The notes: a model not told the origin generated them from the sequence alone. DNA of 64,000 nt from Acidobacteriota bacterium (GCA_965205505.1 CBDBHB010000009.1:2656001-2720000), one strand, 5' to 3'. Shown: positions 41,484-51,970, numbered from the stretch's first letter. A program made the numbers and translations.

Positions 41484-42593
41484 CTAGCGTACCCGCACAT
41501 CGAGGCTCAGCATCGGATGCGAGCCGGGTGCGGTGATGGCGTTCATCACCTGGAGCTTGAGAGCGAAAGCCGAACGGGGCTCGCCGGCAACGATAAGCGT
41601 GACGTCGCCGTGTGCGGGTACCCGGATCAGCGACGCCTGGTCTTGGAAACGATGGTCGCCACGGTTCGCCAGCTCGAAGGTCGCGTCCGACGCATTGGAC
41701 AGCGTCACGTCGACGATGTCACGTTGGCCTCTCTTGACGACTTCCGTCACCGTCAGCGACGCCTCGATCAGCGGCATCAGTACCTCGTCGCGCCCAATCA
41801 GCGTGTTGTTCATCCAGGCAACGGTTCGCCGCGCCAGCAGCGCTTCGCGGATCGCCTCGGCGGTGCGGCTGACTGCGAAGACAAGCGTGACGGTGCGGTG
41901 CCCGCCGCCGTGGATGTCGTAGTCCCAGTCGATCAACCCGTGGATGTCGGAGACACCGAGAATCGTGAGGTCGTGATCGAGCGCGATCTGAAGCGCGTCG
42001 GACGAGTAGCTGTTCCCGTTGGCCACCTCGATGCCATGCAACAGGCCGTCGGCAATGAGCGATCGGTGCATGTCGGTAAGCGCGGCGACGCCGTCGCTCC
42101 GCAGCCCGTACGACCACGGGTGGTTCCAGAACAGGAAAGCGCCTTGACGGTTGGCCGCGCGGAAGACGCTCATCGGGTCGTCGGCCCGGAGGGCGTTCGC
42201 GTCGATCAGAAAGACGGCGTTCACATGCCCGAGGGGCGGTTCGCGGGTAATTTCAGCACCGTTGACGACAATGAGCTCCGACCCGGCACGCTCTGCATGA
42301 TCGGTGGCCAGCACAAACGAGCGGTTGCGATCGGGATGGGGAATATCCTCCGAGTGCGGTTGGTACTCGAGATGCTCGGTCACCGCCACCAGATCGAGCC
42401 CGTCCAGCTTCGACTCGTCGATGCGGATGGAGGGCCACACCAGGCCGTCGGAAAAGACCGAGTGCGTGTGCGGGTCGACGATCAGCGTGTGGTAGCCGGA
42501 GACGTCGGGAAACTCGATCACCCTGTCCTGAGCCATTGCTCCGACAGCCGTTCCGACCATCGCCATCAATACCAGAGCGCGAGAGGCATGCAT
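41484..42593 (-). CDS. Secreted PHP-domain phosphoesterase
   Basis: Signal peptide, HTHSVFSDG, TEH, GAEIT...GH.N, NHP, GIEV.N, SDIH. Confidence 0.85.
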   Translation of the reverse strand: MHASRALVLMAMVGTAVGAMAQDRVIEFPDVSGYHTLIVDPHTHSVFSDGLVWPSIRIDESKLDGLDLVAVTEHLEYQPHSEDIPHPDRNRSFVLATDHAERAGSELIVVNGAEITREPPLGHVNAVFLIDANALRADDPMSVFRAANRQGAFLFWNHPWSYGLRSDGVAALTDMHRSLIADGLLHGIEVANGNSYSSDALQIALDHDLTILGVSDIHGLIDWDYDIHGGGHRTVTLVFAVSRTAEAIREALLARRTVAWMNNTLIGRDEVLMPLIEASLTVTEVVKRGQRDIVDVTLSNASDATFELANRGDHRFQDQASLIRVPAHGDVTLIVAGEPRSAFALKLQVMNAITAPGSHPMLSLDVRVR

Positions 42594-42724
42594 GTGGCCC
42601 GTCCTCGATCTTTTCCCTGCGGGCTCGGCTCGAGTCGCCGGTCGCCAGGTTGGTGAGCTCGACGCCGCGCATCGGCGCACGGACACCGTAGGCTCGCGGT
42701 TGTCGCCGGTCAACGGAACCCACG

Positions 42725-42756
42725 CAGGAGCACTAACCTCTGTTACAGGCCTCTAG
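42725..42756. repeat. Stacked class-1 and class-2 terminal remnants on aroC stop codon
   Basis: caggagcacta followed by ctctgttacaggcctctag. Confidence 0.6.
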
Positions 42757-44021
42757 TCGGCTGACGGAAAGTCCGCCACCTGCTTCATGTAGCCGCGGTA
42801 GTTGCGCAGCGTCTCCCGCAGGCTGTCACCGCCGAACTTCTCGATGCACGCATCGGCCAATACCAGCGCGGTCATTGCCTCGCCTACGACCGCGGCGGCG
42901 GGCACGGCGCAGGTGTCGGACCTCTGCACCACAGCATCGACCGCTTCGCCGCTGACGATGTCGACGGAGGGCAGCGGCTGTCGGAGCGTCGATAGAGGCT
43001 TCATGTAGACAGTCACCCGCAGCTCACCGCCGTACGTGATACCGCCCTCGGTACCGCCGGCGCGGTTGGTCGGCCGGCCCCAGCGGTTGTCCGGCTCGCG
43101 GATGATCGCGTCGTGCGCCATCGAGCCGGGCTGTGAGGCGCACCAGATCGCCGGCCCGATCTCCACGGCCTTCTGCGCTTGAATCGATAGCAACGCCTGG
43201 CCGAGCCGCGCCTCTAGTCGGCGGTCCCACTGGATGTGGCTCCCTAGACCGGGCGGCAATCCCGTTCCAATGACCTCGAACGCGCCGCCGAGTGTCTCGA
43301 GCTCATCGTGGGCGTGGTCGATGGCTGCAATCATTGCGGCCTCGACCTCGGGGTCGACGCAGCGCACCGGCGACGCATCGGCGCGCTGGCGTACAGATGC
43401 GACCGGCGTCGGTGGGGCACCGGCCTCGATCGCGGCGGCGCCAATGCGCGTCACGTGGCTCGTGACCTCGATGCCGAGATGGCCCAGAAACTGTTTGCAC
43501 AACGCCCCTGCTGCTACCCGCACGGCCGTCTCGCGGGCGCTGGCGCGTTCGAGCACATCACGCAGATCGTCGCGGTCGTACTTCAGCCCGCCGGCCAGGT
43601 CGGCATGCCCCGGCCGCGGCCTCGTGATGCGGCGGATATTCACCGCCGACGGTCGGTTCCCACTCTCCGCCACAGCCTGCGATCCTTCGCCGGCACCATC
43701 GCCATCCGACGAATTGCCGTCCTCCGCAGGAGCTTCCGCCGCCATCACCTCCCGCCAGTTGACCCAGTCGCGATTCTCGATCAGCCAGGCGATCGGGCTC
43801 CCCAGCGTCTCACCGAGTCGCACGCCGCCCACCAGGCGCGCCGCGTCGGCCTCGATCTTCATACGCTTGCCGCGGCCATGACCACCCATGCGGCGGCGCA
43901 GATCAGCGTTGATGGCGTCGACATCGATGGGAATCCCGGCGGGCAGGCCTTCGAGCAGGCCGACCAGCATCGGTCCGTGAGACTCTCCGGCGCTGAGAAA
44001 GCGCAGGCAACGCAGCGACAC
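42753..44021 (-). CDS. aroC: Chorismate synthase
   Basis: LRFLSAGESHG, RPGHAD, ERASARETA, NRAGG.EGG, MKPLSTL, RSDTC. Confidence 0.96.
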   Translation of the reverse strand: MSLRCLRFLSAGESHGPMLVGLLEGLPAGIPIDVDAINADLRRRMGGHGRGKRMKIEADAARLVGGVRLGETLGSPIAWLIENRDWVNWREVMAAEAPAEDGNSSDGDGAGEGSQAVAESGNRPSAVNIRRITRPRPGHADLAGGLKYDRDDLRDVLERASARETAVRVAAGALCKQFLGHLGIEVTSHVTRIGAAAIEAGAPPTPVASVRQRADASPVRCVDPEVEAAMIAAIDHAHDELETLGGAFEVIGTGLPPGLGSHIQWDRRLEARLGQALLSIQAQKAVEIGPAIWCASQPGSMAHDAIIREPDNRWGRPTNRAGGTEGGITYGGELRVTVYMKPLSTLRQPLPSVDIVSGEAVDAVVQRSDTCAVPAAAVVGEAMTALVLADACIEKFGGDSLRETLRNYRGYMKQVADFPSAD

Positions 44022-44220
44022 GATTGACCCCTGGGTTCGAGGGTTACCTGATATACACGCGAACGAGTTTATGCGGTGAAGCATCGTTCCGGCGTCCCGG
44101 CCACTCCTTCCGCACTTCCCTGTACCGACAAGAACGGCCGCGCCTGAGATACTTGGCGCAACCACATGATTGTCCATCTCGTGCATCCTGCATCAAACCA
44201 GCCACTCGCGTGCCCTCGTC

Positions 44221-45786
44221 ATGATCAAGGTTCTCGACACCGCCGCCATGCAAGCGTGTGATCGCGCTGCGATCGACGACTACGGCGTCCGGGGCGACCT
44301 GCTGATGGAAAACGCCGGGTTGCAAGTGGTCGAGGCGCTGACGAGCCACTTCGGCGATCAGCCGCCAGCGAGCGTCGCGGTTTTGTGCGGGCGCGGCAAC
44401 AACGGCGGCGACGGGTTCGTCGTGGCACGCCACCTCCACAACACGGGCGGCGAGGTGGTGGTGTACCTGTTCGGCGAGGGATCGGTGCTGCGTGATGGCG
44501 CCGCCACCAACCATCGAATTGCGGTGACCCTCGGCGTGCCGGTGGTCGAGGTACACAACGAGGAGGCATGGGGCCCGCTGGCAGACGACCTGGCGGAGTT
44601 CGACTGCATCGTGGATGCGCTGCTGGGAACCGGGATCGAAAGCGCCCCTCGGGGTGCCATCGCGGCCGCTATCGAGAGCATCAACGCATCGGATGTTCCC
44701 GTGGTTGCGGTGGACCTGCCGAGCGGGCTGTTGGCCGATACGGGCGCTATTCAGGGCGCTGTCGTGGAGGCGGCCTTGACGGTTGCTCTGGGCGCGCCGA
44801 AGGTCTGCCACCTCTTGGCCCCGGCGAGCGAGACGTGTGGCGAGGTGGTGGTGGTGGACATCGGCCTCCCCACCGCGGTCATCGAAGCGGCGCGGGCCGC
44901 ATTGTGGCGACCGACTCGGGAGGATTGTGCGGCGGGATTGCCGCTCCGCTGGTCCGATAGCCACAAGGGGGATTATGGCCGCGTACTTGTCATCGGCGGG
45001 GCTCCGGGTACCGCCGGCGCCGCGGTGCTGGCGGCGCGCGGTGCGCTGCGGGGTGGGGGAGGTCTGGTGCACGTGCTGTGCCCCGAGACCGCCTATTTGC
45101 CTATTGCCTGCCAGCTTACGGAGGCGCTTGTGCATGTCGCCCCGGCCGGAGCCAGCGGTGGCCTCGGTGCAGACGCCGTGCTGGCGGCGCTCGAGCGTGC
45201 CGAGGCAGCCGACGCCGTGGCGATCGGGCCGGGTATCGGCACCGCTACCGAGACGGTCGCGTTGGTACGGCAGCTAGCGACGGAATGTGCCCGCCCCATG
45301 GTGATCGATGCCGATGGCCTCAACGCGCTCGTCGGCGTCCTTGAAGTGTTGACAGAAGCGGTCGGGCCGCGCGTGCTCACTCCGCATCCTGGCGAGGCGG
45401 CGCGGCTGCTGGGAGTCGATGTCGCCGACGTACAGTCGGATCGAGTCGGCGCAGCACGCGAGCTTACCGAGGCGTCCGGGGCGGTGGTGCTGCTTAAGGG
45501 GCATCGCTCTCTCACCGTCGAGCCCCAACAGGCGCCGGTCGTCAACCTGAGCGGCAATCCGGGGATGGCTACCGGCGGAACGGGCGATGTGTTGACTGGC
45601 CTGATCGCCGCTCTCATCGCGCAGGGGTTGCGCCCGGGGGCGGCCGCCTGGACCGGGGCCTGGCTGCATGGGCTGGCGGGCGATCTCGCAGCACAGCGCC
45701 TCGGGCAGACGGGCTGCCTGGCTTCGGATCTCGTCGACGAGATCCCTGACGCTTTCCGGCGCGTCGCCGAGGGGGCGGAGCCTTGA
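44221..45786 (+). CDS. nnr: Bifunctional NAD(P)HX epimerase/dehydratase
   Basis: LMENAG, GRGNNGGDG, DALLGTG, HKGDYG, IDADG, TPHPGEA, GGTGDVL. Confidence 0.94.
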   Translation: MIKVLDTAAMQACDRAAIDDYGVRGDLLMENAGLQVVEALTSHFGDQPPASVAVLCGRGNNGGDGFVVARHLHNTGGEVVVYLFGEGSVLRDGAATNHRIAVTLGVPVVEVHNEEAWGPLADDLAEFDCIVDALLGTGIESAPRGAIAAAIESINASDVPVVAVDLPSGLLADTGAIQGAVVEAALTVALGAPKVCHLLAPASETCGEVVVVDIGLPTAVIEAARAALWRPTREDCAAGLPLRWSDSHKGDYGRVLVIGGAPGTAGAAVLAARGALRGGGGLVHVLCPETAYLPIACQLTEALVHVAPAGASGGLGADAVLAALERAEAADAVAIGPGIGTATETVALVRQLATECARPMVIDADGLNALVGVLEVLTEAVGPRVLTPHPGEAARLLGVDVADVQSDRVGAARELTEASGAVVLLKGHRSLTVEPQQAPVVNLSGNPGMATGGTGDVLTGLIAALIAQGLRPGAAAWTGAWLHGLAGDLAAQRLGQTGCLASDLVDEIPDAFRRVAEGAEP

Positions 45787-46232
45787 GCCGCACACGCGAC
45801 TACGTGACCCATAGCGCCGAGGAGACCGAGCATGTCGGCGCCGGTCTCGGTCGCCGGCTTCGCGGTGGCGAGGTGATCCTGATCTTTGGCCCGCTCGGCG
45901 CCGGTAAGACGCAGCTGGTGCGCGGCATCGCGGCCGGGCTAGGGCTCGATCCCGGCCAGGTGTCGAGCCCGTCGTACGCGCTCATCAACGAGTACACCGG
46001 ACGGCGAACGCTCTACCATGTAGATCTATACCGGCTGAGTACAGCCGACCTCCCAGACTTGGGTCTAGAGGACCTCTACGGTCGGGGGTGCGTGGTGGTG
46101 ATCGAGTGGGCCGAGCGTCTAGAGGAGGCTGGATGGGATCTGGGCTCGTCGATCATCGTCGAGGTCGATCATCACCCTGACCGCTCCGACGTGCGCATTA
46201 TCGGCGTCGACGAAGCGGTCTCGGGCGGCTAG
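45783..46232 (+). CDS. tsaE: tRNA t6A biosynthesis ATPase
   Basis: GPLGAGKT, VSSPSY, HVDLYRL, IEW. Confidence 0.94.
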   Translation: MSRTRDYVTHSAEETEHVGAGLGRRLRGGEVILIFGPLGAGKTQLVRGIAAGLGLDPGQVSSPSYALINEYTGRRTLYHVDLYRLSTADLPDLGLEDLYGRGCVVVIEWAERLEEAGWDLGSSIIVEVDHHPDRSDVRIIGVDEAVSGG

Positions 46233-46334
46233 ATGAGATGAGATGAGAAGGCCAACCTCCTGAACGCAGTAGCCTGACGGCTCTGCAAACGTTTCTTCAA
46301 ACGTAACGGGCTCGAAGCCCAAGGAGGTTGGCCG

Positions 46335-47377
46335 ATGAGGAGTGTAACGATTGGACTGGACGTAAGCGACCGGTACAGCCGTATGTGCGTGCTCGACAGT
46401 AAGGGCAGGGTGATGGAGGAAGGGCGGGTGAGGACGAGCCCGGAGGGGCTGGCGAGGCGGTTCGGGTGCGAGGAGCCCGCTCGAGTAGTGCTGGAGGTTG
46501 GAACGCACTCGCCGTGGATGAGTGAGCAGTTGAAGCAACTGGGTCATGAGGTGCTGGTGGCTAACCCGAGGCGGCTGAAGCTGATCTATGGCGAGCACGG
46601 ACCGACCGGTTGGATGCCGAGCACCTGGCACGAGTGGGCAGAATGGACCCAAAGCTGCTTAAGACGGTGCAGCATCGAGGCAGACAAGCGCGAGCGGATC
46701 TAGCCGTGATTCGGAGCCGAGATGCTCTGGTAAAGAGCTGCACGCAGTTGGTGAGCCATGTGCGTGGTGCGGTCAAGTCGGCCGGTTGTCGTATTCCCAG
46801 GTGCTCGACGCCGGCGTTCGCGCGCACCGCGCCAGAGCACATACCGGAGCGGCTCAAGGGAGCGCTCGAGCCGGTGCTTGAAACGATCGCCATGCTGACG
46901 GGCAACATCCAGCAATACGAGCGTCAGATCGTGCAGCTGTGCCAGGGGCGATACCCGGAGACACAGCAGCTCCAGCAAGTGGCCGGGGTCGGAGCTCTGA
47001 CCGCACTGGCGTATGTGCTGACGCTCGAGGAGCCGGAGCGGTTCAATACCTCCAGAGCCGTGGGCCCGTACCTGGGACTGAGACCGAAGAAACGGCAGTC
47101 GGGGGACAAGGACCCTGCGCTACGAATAACCAAGGCGGGCGACAAAATGCTCCGACGCCTGTTGGTGGGCTCGGCGCATTACATCCTGGGCCCCTTCGGG
47201 CCCGATACTGAGCTCAGACGCTGGGGGCTCAAGCTGGCCGGACGCGGTGGTCCTCATGGCAACAAAAAGGCAGCAGTTGCTGTCGCCCGTAAGCTCGCCG
47301 TTGTGCTGCACCGACTGTGGCTGAGTGGAGACGAGTACGAACCGTTGCGCGCACCTGTAGAGGTTTCAGCAGCATGA
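46335..47377 (+). pseudogene. IS110 DEDD transposase, frameshifted at ~46598
   Basis: IGLDV and LE motifs in frame 1; TDRLDA, GVG...A, YLGL.P...QSG and AVARKL in second frame. Confidence 0.88.
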
Positions 47378-47379
47378 AC

Positions 47380-47610
47380 TAACCCGCAACCAGGAGGTCG
47401 GTAGGGCGACGCGACCCAACGGTTATCGATCTGACCGCCCGGTCCGGGCGACTGCGAAGGTCACTACGAGCTTCGAGCTCGGCAGCTAGATTGCAGCGCC
47501 TCGAATCGGGACGGACCCCAGAATGCACCGGACGACCTGAATCCTCGTCCACCAGAGTGCGAATAGGAGCATGGCGTGCAGATCGATTCTTCGCTGGGCA
47601 CCACATTGCC
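47380..47610 (+). ncRNA. Putative IS1111 bridge/seek RNA
   Basis: Stem ctgcga...ttgcag encloses ggtcacta, hairpin gagct-tcg-agctc and ggcagctag, which match the two halves of the flanking target; boundaries approximate. Confidence 0.65.
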
Positions 47611-47637
47611 CTTGACCGAACTAGGCCTTCTCATAGA

Positions 47638-47772
47638 AGTGGCCTGTAACAGATGGATATCGGCGTTGCGCCTCGTCGATGATGCCTATTGCATCGCCTT
47701 CCTCGCCGCGCCTTGATCTCACCCGCAAATCCCTTCTGCGATATGCGACGATCATCTGTTACAGGCCACTAG
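47638..47772. repeat. Internally deleted class-2 element whose left CTAG was split by IS1111
   Basis: agtggcctgtaacagatg / catctgttacaggccactag IR; one core arm; followed by a duplicate aggccactag. Confidence 0.85.
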
Positions 47773-47849
47773 AGGCCACTAGGCTGGGCTGTCGAGGTCT
47801 CTCTTGTGAGCTTCGTCGCGAGCATGTCGCGCCCCAGCTGCAGCGCCTC

Positions 47850-49496
47850 TCACTTGCTGTCCGAGAAGACGGGCGCCAGTAGATTGTCGACGGGTGCGTG
47901 GTCGTCGGTCAGCACCAACCCACCGCCGCGCTGCAGCACTGTCGCCATCTCTCCACCTAGGTGATCGGCCTCGGCCCAGGCAAACACGTGGCCCCAGGCG
48001 TCCGGAACGTTCTCTTTAGGTCCGATCTCCAGGATCGGTAAGGCTCGTCGAGAGCTCACCACGATGAAAGTGTCGCGCTCGTCCGTGGGTCCATCCGGGT
48101 CGCCAGCGAACACGTAGACGAACGGGAACGTCAATCGCACGGTGCCTACATAAGCACCCAAGAACCGGCCCAGACCCTCACGATAGATATCGATGATGTT
48201 GATCATGTAGACGCCGTCGGGCGTCATTACTTCGGCCAGGCGTTCGTTGAAGCCCCGTGTGGTCAGGTGGTAGGGCACGCCGAGGTCGTTGAACGCGTCT
48301 CCGTATACGAAGTCGAATTGATGTGGGTGCGTCACGCGTCGATTCTGCCGCCGCAGATCGTCGATGTAATTGCGAGCGTCCAGCGTGTGCGTCCGGATGC
48401 GGGTAGCATCGTCGGCGGGCAGGCCCAGAGCGACCTGAGCGGCACGCTTGACTGCCGGGTCGATCTCGGCGACGTCGATATCTGCTGCTGCGAAACGCGT
48501 ATCGAGATAGCGCGGAAACGTAAAACCACCACCGCCGATGAACAGCGCGCGCAAGGGCTCGTCAGTGCTTACCAAGTGGTGGGTCACCGCGGCGTAGACG
48601 GTCTCATAGCCGTAGTCCAGCTGCGTGATGTCGTCCATGTTCACGTAGCTGTGCACGAGATGATCCAGCGCCAACACGCGGGTGTTGTCGAATTCCTCGG
48701 CGTCATAGATCTCGATCGTGAAGTAGCTGCTCTCGTCCTGATAGTGAAGATGGTCGGTAGCGAAGCGTAGGCCCAAGAAATGGCCCCAGCGCTCGCTCCA
48801 CGCCCACGGCGCCACGGTTAGGGCAGAGATCAGAAACAGCAACGATAGCCAGACCACGAAGAACGAAGCAGGGCTGCGGCGCAAACCCCGTCCCGCTAGC
48901 AGGCCCATTGTCCCGAGGCCCGCGGCGATGACGCAGACGATCGTCTTGGTGCCGAAGGCATCGATCAACACGTAGCCGGTAAGGAACGTGCCGAGGATGC
49001 TTCCGGAGGCACCGCTCGCGTACAAGGTTCCAACCGTCGCGCCCACTTCACGTCGCGCTCCGAGAGCCAGCTTGGCTGCCACGGGCGAGATCGTGCCCAT
49101 GATGGTTGCCGGGGCAAGAAACGTGAGGGCGACGTTGCGAAGGATCCAGAGCGGCCAAGAGATGACCTCCGGCCTCTCCCAAGACCCCATCCAGTCGACG
49201 ACGAACAGCACGGAAAGACTCGACATCGAGGCCAGCAGGAACAAGGTCGTCAACAGGGCGCGGGGCGGATACAGGTCAGCAAGCTTGCCGCCGACGTAGT
49301 TGCCCACGGCGATCCCTGCCAGCACCACTCCGATTACCGCCGTCCAGGTGTAGAGCGATACGCCCAGATGCTGTGCTACGAGGCGCGCCGCGACGATCTC
49401 CAGCGTCATGATGAACGCCGAGCTGGTGAACACGACGAGGCTCGCACCCGCGATGGCACGACGCGACGAGGTGTGAGTGGAGTCTGGAGGCGGCAT
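47850..49496 (-). CDS. Fused membrane domain / spermidine synthase-like SAM-dependent protein
   Basis: N-terminal TM helices (LEIVAAR...GVSLYTW), FIGGGG, AEIDP, DAR, GDAF, LTDDHAPV. Confidence 0.85.
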   Translation of the reverse strand: MPPPDSTHTSSRRAIAGASLVVFTSSAFIMTLEIVAARLVAQHLGVSLYTWTAVIGVVLAGIAVGNYVGGKLADLYPPRALLTTLFLLASMSSLSVLFVVDWMGSWERPEVISWPLWILRNVALTFLAPATIMGTISPVAAKLALGARREVGATVGTLYASGASGSILGTFLTGYVLIDAFGTKTIVCVIAAGLGTMGLLAGRGLRRSPASFFVVWLSLLFLISALTVAPWAWSERWGHFLGLRFATDHLHYQDESSYFTIEIYDAEEFDNTRVLALDHLVHSYVNMDDITQLDYGYETVYAAVTHHLVSTDEPLRALFIGGGGFTFPRYLDTRFAAADIDVAEIDPAVKRAAQVALGLPADDATRIRTHTLDARNYIDDLRRQNRRVTHPHQFDFVYGDAFNDLGVPYHLTTRGFNERLAEVMTPDGVYMINIIDIYREGLGRFLGAYVGTVRLTFPFVYVFAGDPDGPTDERDTFIVVSSRRALPILEIGPKENVPDAWGHVFAWAEADHLGGEMATVLQRGGGLVLTDDHAPVDNLLAPVFSDSK

Positions 49497-49681
49497 CTCG
49501 TCGGCTCGGGAGGCTAGCGAGTGGGTCGGGCATTGACGCCAGCCCCACTGCTGGGGCTCTACGACAGCGGCCTCATGCGAAGATGGGCATCAGTTCGCCG
49601 CCCGGCGGCTGACGATACCCGCAAGCCTTGACGATTACCAGCAGGGGAAGTGATGCGACGCCGCATTGTTACGCACCCGTC

Positions 49682-50644
49682 ATGCCGGTGACGACTGCCT
49701 CGGTTCCGTCACGAGCTGAGATCGACTCGGCGGCCGCGCGGATTGCGCCCCATGTGCGCCGTACCCCGGTCATCGAGATCGCCGGTGCGGAGCTCGGGCT
49801 ACCGGACGTTCGATTGCTCCTCAAGCTCGAGGTTCTTCAGCACACCGGATCGTTCAAGGCTCGCGGTGCCTTCAACCGGTTGCTCTCTGCCGACGTGCCG
49901 GAGGTCGGTGTGCTGGCGGCCTCGGGAGGCAATCTTGCTCTGGGCGTGGCATTCGCAGCGCGCGAGCTCGGCCACCGCGCCGAGATCTTCGTGCCGGCTA
50001 GCACGCCGACCATGAAGGTGCGTCGGCTGCACGATCTTGGTGCGCAGGTTGTGCAGATCGGTGAGGTCTACGATGAGGCGCGCGAAGCTGCTGATCAACG
50101 CGCGCTGGAGACCAGCGCGCTCGTCGTTCACGCCTACGATCAGCCGCAGATCGTCGCCGGGGCTGGAACGATCGGTCGTGAGCTACAGCAACAGGCGCCT
50201 GACCTCGAGACCGTTCTGGTGGCCGTCGGCGGTGGCGGGTTGATCGGCGGAACGGCGGCCTGGTTGCGCGAGGAGGCAAATGTCGTGGCGGTCGAGCCGG
50301 AGGGGTGCCCGACGCTCTCGCGAGCTCTTGCAGCTGGGAAGCCGGTGCATGTCGAGGTCGGTGGGCTGGCGAAAGACTCGCTCGGGGCAAGCCGGATCGG
50401 CGATATCGGCTTCGCTAGCGCCAGTCGTTGGGTCAGCGAATCCGTGCTGGTGTCGGACGCCTCGATCAAGCGAGCGCAGTGGCTACTGTGGAACCGTCTG
50501 CGGGTGATCGCCGAGCCCGGCGGCGCCACGGCGCTTGCGGCGCTGGTATCCGGTGATGTTCGGCGTCGACCGGATGAGCGTGTCGCGGTGCTCGTCTGTG
50601 GTGGCAACACCGACCCGGCAATAGTGGCCGACCTATCTGAGTAG
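49682..50644 (+). CDS. Threonine/serine dehydratase (PLP-dependent)
   Basis: RTP, KLEVLQHTGSFKARGA, SGGN, VGGGGL, EPGGA, CGGN. Confidence 0.9.
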   Translation: MPVTTASVPSRAEIDSAAARIAPHVRRTPVIEIAGAELGLPDVRLLLKLEVLQHTGSFKARGAFNRLLSADVPEVGVLAASGGNLALGVAFAARELGHRAEIFVPASTPTMKVRRLHDLGAQVVQIGEVYDEAREAADQRALETSALVVHAYDQPQIVAGAGTIGRELQQQAPDLETVLVAVGGGGLIGGTAAWLREEANVVAVEPEGCPTLSRALAAGKPVHVEVGGLAKDSLGASRIGDIGFASASRWVSESVLVSDASIKRAQWLLWNRLRVIAEPGGATALAALVSGDVRRRPDERVAVLVCGGNTDPAIVADLSE

Positions 50645-50660
50645 CCTCGGTGTCCGCGAG

Positions 50661-50690
50661 CCACGGCCTGCTAGCAGGGTGGAGGTGTGG
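50661..50690. repeat. Back-to-back class-3 end remnants around one CTAG
   Basis: ccacggcctgctagcagggtggaggtgtgg between convergent genes. Confidence 0.6.
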
Positions 50691-50705
50691 CGGCTGTGCG
50701 ACGGA

Positions 50706-51839
50706 TCAGCCGAAGCGCGTCGGGGAGAACGGGTCCATGGGCAGTCGGGTGGCTCCGTCGACCACCAGGTCAGCAAGGGCCTCGCCCACTACCGGTGCGA
50801 ACTTGAAGCCGTGGCCGGAAAACCCGACGGCGATGAAGACCCCCTCCGCGCTAGGGTGCGGCCCGATGACGAAGTGCGCATCGGGTGTATTGGTGTACAT
50901 GCAGACGGCGCCCTCGAGCCAGCGTCCGTTGAGGGTCGGGATTCGATCGACGAGACAACACCGGACGGCGTCGATGTCGGCCTCATGCACAGTGCGATCC
51001 AGGTGATCTGCCGTCGTCGATTCGCCGCCATGATGGAGTCCTACCTTGACCCCCCCACGCGCCCCATCGAGTGCGGGCAAGCCGTAGAGAACCGGGCCCG
51101 CGCGAGACTCCCACAGGTAGATGGGGAGGCGATCTGGAGCGAAGGCCTCGATGCCGTCCGTAGGCTCGAACCAATGCATCACCTGCCGCTCGACGCTCAG
51201 CTCGGAGTCGAACTCGGGCAAGAGCTGGGAGGCCCAGGCGCCGGCCGTTACGATGAGTGACTTGGCTACGTGCTCATCTGCCTGGGTGCGCACGCGCACG
51301 TCATGGCCGTCCCGACTCCAGCTCAACACCTGCTCGCCGTAGCGTAGGTCGGCTCCGGCGGCCGACGCGGCGTCGAGGCAGGCGGAGACACACGCCTCGG
51401 GTTCGAGCACGCCGGCGACCTCTTCGTAAAATGCTGCCAGATCGTTATCGGGCTGAAACACCGGAAAGCAGCGCCGGATCTCGGCTGCGTCGAGCAACTC
51501 GTGAGGCAGGGAGTGCAACCGTGCGCTTGCCAGGCTGCCGGCTACCGCGTCGCTATCCGGAAGCCCGATCATCAACAGGCTCGTTCTGCGAAGAAGCTCC
51601 TTGTCTGTCATGGCTTCGAGCTCGCGCCAAAGCTCGAAGGATCGCTGCACGAGCGGCACGTAGGCCGGGTCTTCCATATAGGCGGTGCGAATGATGCGCG
51701 ACCTGCCGTGCCCTGATCCGAGCGCATGCGGTGGAACGTGGCGGTCAAGGCCGAGCACCGAGCACCCGCGGGCGGTGAGCTGCCACGCAGCGGCGCTGCC
51801 CATGGTACCCAGACCAACGACGATGGCGTCGTGTGACAA
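50706..51839 (-). CDS. solA: N-methyl-L-tryptophan / monomeric sarcosine oxidase
   Basis: VGLGTMGS, GSGHGRSRIIR.AY, CMYTNTPD, GFSGHGFKF. Confidence 0.88.
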   Translation of the reverse strand: MSHDAIVVGLGTMGSAAAWQLTARGCSVLGLDRHVPPHALGSGHGRSRIIRTAYMEDPAYVPLVQRSFELWRELEAMTDKELLRRTSLLMIGLPDSDAVAGSLASARLHSLPHELLDAAEIRRCFPVFQPDNDLAAFYEEVAGVLEPEACVSACLDAASAAGADLRYGEQVLSWSRDGHDVRVRTQADEHVAKSLIVTAGAWASQLLPEFDSELSVERQVMHWFEPTDGIEAFAPDRLPIYLWESRAGPVLYGLPALDGARGGVKVGLHHGGESTTADHLDRTVHEADIDAVRCCLVDRIPTLNGRWLEGAVCMYTNTPDAHFVIGPHPSAEGVFIAVGFSGHGFKFAPVVGEALADLVVDGATRLPMDPFSPTRFG

Positions 51840-51912
51840 GGGGGCTCTCCGGCGTGGCTTACGTGGCTCGCCGCGATCGCAGCGACGACGCGCAGCATAC
51901 CGCGGCGCGTTC

Positions 51913-51970
51913 TTGACGGTGGTGGGCCACGATGCTAGTTTTTTAGCATCATGCTAAAGAAACAACACAT
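51913..51970 (+). promoter_or_regulatory. Promoter and palindromic operator for BlaI-family gene
   Basis: TTGACG-N17-TAGTTT; palindrome gatgcta-N6-tagcatc (51931-51950) overlaps the -10, with a weaker second site directly after. Confidence 0.7.

Larger units (their letters stand above)
46233..47637 (+). mobile_element. IS110 family, IS1111-type insertion sequence
   Basis: Perfect sub-terminal IR atgagaaggcc (46243-46253)/ggccttctcat (47624-47634); AG on both flanks; ~250-nt non-coding region 3' of the transposase. Confidence 0.9.
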
